From positions 1-54,166 of the forward strand of contig QPGO01000327.1 in the NCBI GenBank assembly GCA_008632985.1: DNA of 54,166 nucleotides. Direction: 5' to 3'. Source of the stretch: Psammoneis japonica. Taxonomy: Eukaryota. The notes under the pieces are model-generated. The model was not told the DNA's origin. It did no database searches and worked only from the letters and a program-made list of their open reading frames with translations. Positions 47,768 to 54,166 of the stretch are shown here, piece by piece. The translations under genes were made by a program, and so were the position numbers. Position 1 is the stretch's first letter. Each line of letters begins with the position of its first letter.

Positions 47768-49116
47768 ATGAACGGCGATGCAAAGCAAGAAACAGAGGCG
47801 GAGAACAACATCAATGGTGCAAAGGCACCTTTTTATAGAATTGTGTTGACGGGTGGTCCGTGTGGAGGAAAGACAACCGCGTTGGAACGTGTTTCGTCGT
47901 ATCTCCGAGAGCGTGGCTTTGAAGTGATTACGTGTCCCGAAGTGTTTACGATTCTAGCGTCAAACGGACTGTCTCTCGATTATTTTTCAACAGACGGCAT
48001 GGATTTAATCATTCAAGGTACAGTCATTTCGGTTCAAACATCCATGGAAGACGGGTTGGAACGAGTCCTCCGAGCACGTGGCAAACCAGCCGTGTTGCTT
48101 TGTGATCGAGGAATCATGGATGGGTCGGCGTACATGGACCCCGCCAAGTGGAATCAGTTGTTGGAATCCCGCAATTTAGATGTGACTGATATTCGCGAGG
48201 GCCGATACAACGCTGTGTACCACCTGTTGACCGCAGCCAATGGAGCACGTGAGTTTTACACGCTAGACAATAACGCAGCAAGAAGTGAGACTGCGGATGA
48301 AGCTGTTGAAGTGGATCTCAAGACACAAAAAGCATGGGTGGGCCACCCCAAACTGACTGTCATTGATAATTCCACAGCTTTTGAACCTAAACTACAAAAG
48401 TTGGTGAATGCTGTGAGCAAACTGGTTGGGCTACCTTCCAATTTGAGACGCGTCACGACCAAGTTCTTGTTGCGCTGCAAACCTGACGTTGAAGCGCTGG
48501 TTCAACAACACGGTGTTGACATTCATGTGTTTGAAGTTGAAAAGGTGTACTTGGTGCATGTCGATGCACAAGTAGATGATTCTTCACCCTTCAAGGAGGA
48601 GTATAGCTTTGTACGGAAACGAACCATTATTAGAAGCGATGGCACTCGTGGTGGATCCGTGTATGGTTTCACCGCGGCTCAAGTGACCAAAGACGACAAG
48701 GAAATTGAGGTGAAGCGTATCATCAGCAGTCGCGAGTATCTCGCAGCTGTCAAAACACGCGACTTGAAGCGGCACATTATTCGGCAGCGACGAATCTGCT
48801 TCTTGTACCATTTGCAGAGCTTTTCCATTCATGTAAGTGTTTCGAGAATCAATCAATCGATTAATCTACCTGTTGCAAGTGCATATAATCGCACTCGTGG
48901 TTGCTTTCTCAAACTCACTCCTTAATAATATGATTTATGACTCGGAAACAGGAATATGAAGAGCCTGTATCTGACATTTGCATTCTCCACGCCCAAGTCG
49001 AATCGTCGGGTGACGAGCAAGCCAAAGTACATTTGCCCCCATTCTTGGACGTGGACAGACGCTTACATAAAGAAGACGAAGCTTACAGTGCCTATAGCAT
49101 CTCAATGATTAAATAG
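47768..49116 (+). CDS. P-loop AAA_28 (Ttd14-like) protein with a C-terminal CYTH-like domain; intron 48833-48951
   Basis: RIVLTGGPCGGKTT, LLCDRGIMDGSAY, YTLDNNAARSE and KAWVGHP; terminal exon contains LPPFLDV...AYSAYSIS. Confidence 0.88.
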
Positions 49117-49168
49117 AGAGAGTTATGGCTCTAGAGAGTACAATCAATTAAATATCAAAGGATAGTCT

Positions 49169-49315
49169 TACACAACACAAACTCTTCATGAGTCTCTCAC
49201 TCTAGCTTCTACTTTTTCTCGACGTCTTTCTCGACAAATACACAACACAGATTCTTCATGAGTCTCTGCCTACTTAAGTAGCTTCTACTTTTTCTCGACG
49301 TCTTTCTCGACAAAT
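49169..49315. repeat. Tandem duplication of about 70-76 bp covering the stop codon and 3' end of the 49285-50145 gene
   Basis: tacacaacaca...tcttcatgagtctct...tagcttctactttttctcgacgtctttctcgacaaat occurs twice (49169-49239 and 49239-49315). Confidence 0.88.
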
Positions 49316-50145
49316 TCAACGTCGATAATGTCATCCTTATTCATTGGGTTTCTTCCTAACCTTTCCGTGTAGCCACCTCCAGTATCACCACCTTTGTCCG
49401 AAACATCAATGTTGTAGCTTCTGCCAGCCACATGTAACACAAGCCGAGTAATTCCTTGCTCGTTTGCAGTCATGGTGGCAGACCCGTTTTGGAAATACCC
49501 CTGAACGGGAAAGGATGCTTGGATTTGTGATGTCATTTTACCATTAATGTTTGTAGTGCTGGAGCTTTGTGAAAAGGGTGACTGCACAACAATGGGTTCA
49601 CCCAGAGCTTTTGTTGCAGCAGTGTCGCGCACAATAAAGGTTCGGGCATCGTCCAGTAATTCTGACATTTGGCGTTGCTGTTCGCCCACGGATTCAGCGA
49701 GTGTCGAAGCCATACCAGATACCAGTGGAGCAATCATGGAACCCATCATTCTGACTGGAAGTGGGGCATCTTTGAGAATTTCTTTCAATCCGCCTTTGAT
49801 TTCGTTCTTCATTTGCTTTCTGGCGAGTTCTGCTTTTTTCTCTTCTTTGGATTTAAACAAATTCTTTGGAAGAAGACTTTTGACTGTGTCTGCTGCCTTT
49901 CCTAGGAAGCTATCATTACCCTTCCTGGAAGCATAGAGACGGAGCGTCTGATGCTGAGATCTTGACAACGTCGCTCCTCCTAGCGGTTGTAATGTCGGGT
50001 GTGCAATCACGCGGTTGCTTTGGGGCAAAGTAGGAGCGAACGCGTATGAGGATGTCAACGCTGCCGCAGCTGTCCAACAAAACAAGCGTCTAGATAAGCG
50101 TCGTGGGGAGGACAACGCTTTAGATAAGGACGGAGATCGCATCAT
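49285..50145 (-). CDS. Predicted plastid-targeted protein of unknown function
   Basis: 286-aa ORF with a hydrophobic stretch ending SSYA-FAP (ASAFAP-like), an S/T/R-rich transit-like segment, PFSQSSSTTNING and a terminal DIIDVEFVEK. Confidence 0.75.
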   Translation of the reverse strand: MMRSPSLSKALSSPRRLSRRLFCWTAAAALTSSYAFAPTLPQSNRVIAHPTLQPLGGATLSRSQHQTLRLYASRKGNDSFLGKAADTVKSLLPKNLFKSKEEKKAELARKQMKNEIKGGLKEILKDAPLPVRMMGSMIAPLVSGMASTLAESVGEQQRQMSELLDDARTFIVRDTAATKALGEPIVVQSPFSQSSSTTNINGKMTSQIQASFPVQGYFQNGSATMTANEQGITRLVLHVAGRSYNIDVSDKGGDTGGGYTERLGRNPMNKDDIIDVEFVEKDVEKK

Positions 50146-50449
50146 TTGAACAATTGAAAAGCTTCGAAAATAGGAAGATCGATGGAGGCAAATGGAGGGT
50201 TGATGGCGAATGGCGAATCATCTGGAATGAATCATCATCATCCTCGCGGGACGACACGAGATTTTTCCGCCGCGTGTCGTCCGTCGCCCGTCTGTGCGTG
50301 GTGTCCATCACTCAGCTTTCAAGCGCCCCCCGTGAGATTTTTGGATTTGGATGTTGAAGTGCAAAAAGGACAACTGAGAAGAAGAAAAGGAAAGAGAGAG
50401 GGAATGGAAGGAAGGAGAATAAAGAGAGAAGGGAGCCTCACCAGGTTGT

Positions 50450-52400
50450 GATTCGGGTTCAAGGACCCAGTCAAAACCAACACACCACCTTGCAAGCAGC
50501 ACCAGTGTGTGCTGGTTGGCAGAGCAAGAGCACAAGGTGACAACTTGCAAGCGTTGAAATGTGCATTTGGTTCAGCGGCATCATTGTGCTTTGTGGCACG
50601 CTGCTTCTGATGCAATCCTTTGATTTCTGGGAGATTCTTGTGGGATTTTCCTTCTGGGGGCATGGCAGGAAAATTGACAAAAAAGCCAACAACAGAGCTG
50701 CAAGAGTCATGCAGTGTGATGAACAATTTCGATTCTCTGCAACATGCATTGTTGATTAACTCAAGTGCTCCATGGTCCAACATCCCGACCATTTTCCATT
50801 GCAACTTCTTCACAACAGTGCTTTCGCTCTGACAAAAACTCAACAAGCGCTGTCATTCCATCCGCAAGAAGCGCAGCTGTGTTTTCAGCTGCCACTCACA
50901 AAGCCAAAAGAACCTGAGCCACAAAAAAAATGAAAAGCCAGCCCATGACTGAGTCTGCAGGGGATGCAGCAAACAGACCAAATTTGTGCATGACAGCCAG
51001 AAACCTTTTGGACATTTGAGTCATCCATGTGAGATCTTTTTGTTTGTTCTGTTCCACCAGATGTGTCACACTGTCTCCCAGCACTCAGGAGGAAGCCTCT
51101 TTTCCCAACTTCCATTGTCATCCATTGGCATTCTGGCAGGTCACAGCCTTGCATGATTGTCTGATTTTCCTGCACTTTGATTCAACTTCTCATTTTTGAT
51201 GTGTGTCGAGTGTTTTGTGTGAGCTGGTCAAGCCCCCCTGAACTGCTGGGAAAGTGCTGGCACCTTCTGAGGGGCAGTGGTGTTTGCATTGGCAATTTTG
51301 AAAAGCAACACCATGCACCAAAGAGCCCCAAGAACAGCCCCACTGCCTCTTTTTGCTGAAACTTGCTTGAAATTTTAGAAATGCTCTCTTTGCTTCCAAC
51401 AGCTCCCACATGCACTTGAATGCCTTTTGTTTGGATTCTTTGATCTTTGATCTTGGCAACTCCTTTGTCAACCCAGCCCTGGTTTTTGTGTCTGTCTGGG
51501 TGGCAGTGTGTCATGACAGCAGCTTGAGGCTCTTGGCACTGGGAACAACATGGAAGACAATCTCTTTTCCAGCAAATGTGTGTTTGTCCTGAGGAAGTTC
51601 AGAGTGCATTCCTCAAGATTTTGTTGTGATCTCACATGTTTCCACAGAACAACAACAGCTGCTGCTGAAAGACTTCTTGCACATCCTGGCACAGCTTCCA
51701 GTTGGGAAACTCAGTGGGCCATTTTCTGGTGGCCAAATTTGGTGCATGAGCTCTGCAGCTGGTGCACCAAGCAAGACCCCCCCCCCCCCCCCAACACAGC
51801 ATTTGTGGCTGACATCAAAGCAAGGGCCGCTTGCTTTTGCAGCACTGCCGTGCCTCTTCACACTCAAAATGTCAAAAAATCCAGCACTTGAGCATGTCAT
51901 CTCATGGCTGGTGTGTGCCCACCTGAAGCAGCAAGCTGTTGTTGTCAAGCTTTTCCTGTGAAAGTGTCAGCTTTCTTGAGGAGTGATGAGCACACACACA
52001 AGTTGCAGCCTCTCAACTGCATGTGATGGTTCTGTTGTTTTGCGCCACCCACAAGCTCGCAAGAAAAGCCAGGCACACAAGTTGTTTTGCCATGAGATTG
52101 AACATGACACTGCTGGAGGTTGGTGTGCAGCTGTTTGGTGCTTGCACTGCAACAACATTTGAGGTCCTCCAGGTTTAGCACCCGCCTCTAATGCTGGAGC
52201 GTGCTCATGCTGTTTGTTGGAGTGGCGGTGCTTTTGTGAGGGTGCTTCCAGGGCGTCTGTGGCCGTTTTCAGAAACACTTCTCATGACTTGACAATGGCT
52301 CCAGTGCCACGTGCTGGGCCAGTGTGTGTGGTGCGGGATGGTTCTGCACTGCAGTCTCTCTAGAGAGAGAGCAGAGAGCAGACTTGAGTGGGAATGATGC
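50450..52400. repeat. CpG/TpA-depleted island
   Basis: Same signature over about 2 kb; only spurious Cys/His-rich ORFs. Confidence 0.72.
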
Positions 52401-53005
52401 TGATTTTTGTTGTTTGTTCGGATGTGCCGGCAGACGACTCACAAGGATGCCCACGCCGCCACGCACGCACAGCCAGACCTTTGTTCGTCCACCCGGGACA
52501 GGTTTACGTTGGGGGAAATATTGGTTATCCTAAAGCTCTTATAGGAATATGACTTTTTTGAAAAAACATTTCATCTATATTTTTGATAGAGACAAAAATT
52601 TTCTAAGATCATATTATTAGTAATCATAGATGTTAATAACTTATAATTAAAATTAATCTCGAATTATTATATTTATCTTGAACGGAAAGGTTTTTGGCGG
52701 CTATTCGGCAAGCTCATAAACTCATGAGCAGACGGCGACGGCGGGATGCTCATCTGATGCTGTACGATGACGATTGAAGGAGGGAACGACGAATCGGAAG
52801 TAGAGGAGGTTGATTGTTATTTGGTGAGTGGGCTCAGTGTGATCTGAGCGCCACAAAAGCGACGACCTGGCCTCTGCTTTCCCAAGAAATGCAGCAGCGT
52901 ACGACCACCAGCAACAACTCATCGATCGAAAGCCTGGTGCACAACTCGTCTCCCCTGACGGAGGAGAAAGCACCAGGAGAGGGGCCCAACGAAGCGACGG
53001 TTGTT

Positions 53006-54166
53006 GTTGCCTTGGAGAGGAAGAAAGTTCGAAGCGTGAACTCAGGGCCTCCACCAAATGGCAAGCTGTCAAACATTGATGAAGAGTCATTCCGAAAGCC
53101 AGACGAGCCATGTGTCTTGGATGAAGTGTTGAAGCAACCGTTCACCAGGGGTGTTTCGGGGCGCCAAAGAGCAAGCGATGCCGACAAGAGTGATGCTTCG
53201 GTGGAGGCGAGCGGGGGAGAGAGCGAGGAAGACGAATCTCGCAATGCATCTCGGCCGAAACGGGATGTTGCCTTGGAGAGGAAGAAAGATCGCAGCGTGA
53301 ACTCAGAGCCTCCATCAAACAGTAGCTGTCAAACATTGATGAAGATCATTCCAACAGCCAGACGAGCCATGTGTCTTGGATGAATGTGTTGAAGCGAGCA
53401 TTCACCAGGGTGTTTCCAGGAGCCAAGGAGCAAGCGGTGCTGACAAGAGTGACACTCCGGCAGAGGCGAGCGGAGGAGAGAGCGAGGAAGATGAATCTCG
53501 CAGTGCATCTCAGCCGAAACGAAATGGTGAATTCGACCGCCTTCATGACATGGAGGGACACGAAATTGTGATTGATCCGGATTCGAAAGAAGCTCCGCCA
53601 AAGGCAGAACGGGGAATCCCCCTGTTTCGAGCAAGGTCGTCTTTTAGGTGGAAGAAAAAGAAGGCGTCCGACACGATTGTGGGCGATGACAGCTCGAAAT
53701 CAAGTGGCAAAGTGGACTCCGTGGAAGTCAATCAGGGGCTCGAGATTGAGCGCAGCAATGAATCGCTCCAGATGTCACAGAAAAAACGATCAAAGATGCG
53801 TTCTTTTGGATCTAAGTCGCTGGCAAGACTTGGATCGCGCAGAGCGCCGTCTTTGGACAATCCAGCGAATCCAAGCCATGTTGAACCCGAAGATCACTCT
53901 TCCCACCAGAAAACCGCAGCCATTGCGACGTCCAAAGACAAGCCATGTGTCTTGGATGAAGGTGTTGAAGCGAGCGTTCACCAAGGCATTTCTGGGAGCC
54001 AAGGACCAAGCGACACTGACAAGAGTGATGCTCCGGTAGAGGCGAGCGGAGGACAGAGCGAGGAAGACGAATCTCGTAATACATCTCAGCCGAAACGGGA
54101 TGGTGAATTCGACCGCCTTGCTGATGCGGCGGGACACGAAATTGTGATCGATTCGGATTCGCAACA
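53006..54166 (+). repeat. Three diverged copies of a unit of about 260-320 bp within a decaying acidic/basic low-complexity coding-like sequence
   Basis: agccatgtgtcttggatgaa..tgttgaagc.a.c.ttcacca.gg...gacaagagtga...aggcgagcgg...agcgaggaaga.gaatctcg recurs near 53106, 53364 and 53941. The frames are broken. Confidence 0.85.

Overview
Gene-dense eukaryotic genomic DNA, most likely from a diatom: short GT-AG introns of about 80-140 nt, an ASAFAP-type plastid presequence, a DUF6824-type domain and an SLC4 transporter. There is an 802-nt assembly gap at 2098-2899. About 17 protein genes are supportable: SLC4, two TMX-like thioredoxins, an ankyrin protein, a divergent eRF1, an F-box/LRR protein, isocitrate lyase, prefoldin 6, a GT25 glycosyltransferase, an FG-GAP-like propeller protein, AK-HSDH, a B-lectin protein, a CLC channel, a DUF6824/CRAL-TRIO protein, an AAA_28/CYTH protein, a plastid-targeted protein and an eroded papain-like ORF. 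They are interleaved with sharply bounded islands of decayed DNA that have lost both CpG and TpA in favour of TpG/CpA. The three main leads are: (1) repeat copies that directly show TA->TG/CA as well as CG->TG/CA changes, suggesting an unusual repeat-targeted hypermutation process; (2) an eRF1 paralogue split by a prfB-like +1 shift at GTT-TAA-C right after the NIKS motif; (3) a TMX paralogue whose membrane anchor and ER-retrieval tail lie in frame behind a single TAG. Two small MITE-like elements were also found. Three 1-nt deletions in other genes suggest assembly indel errors, so the recoding leads need read-level checks. All composition statements come from reading by eye, not from computed counts.
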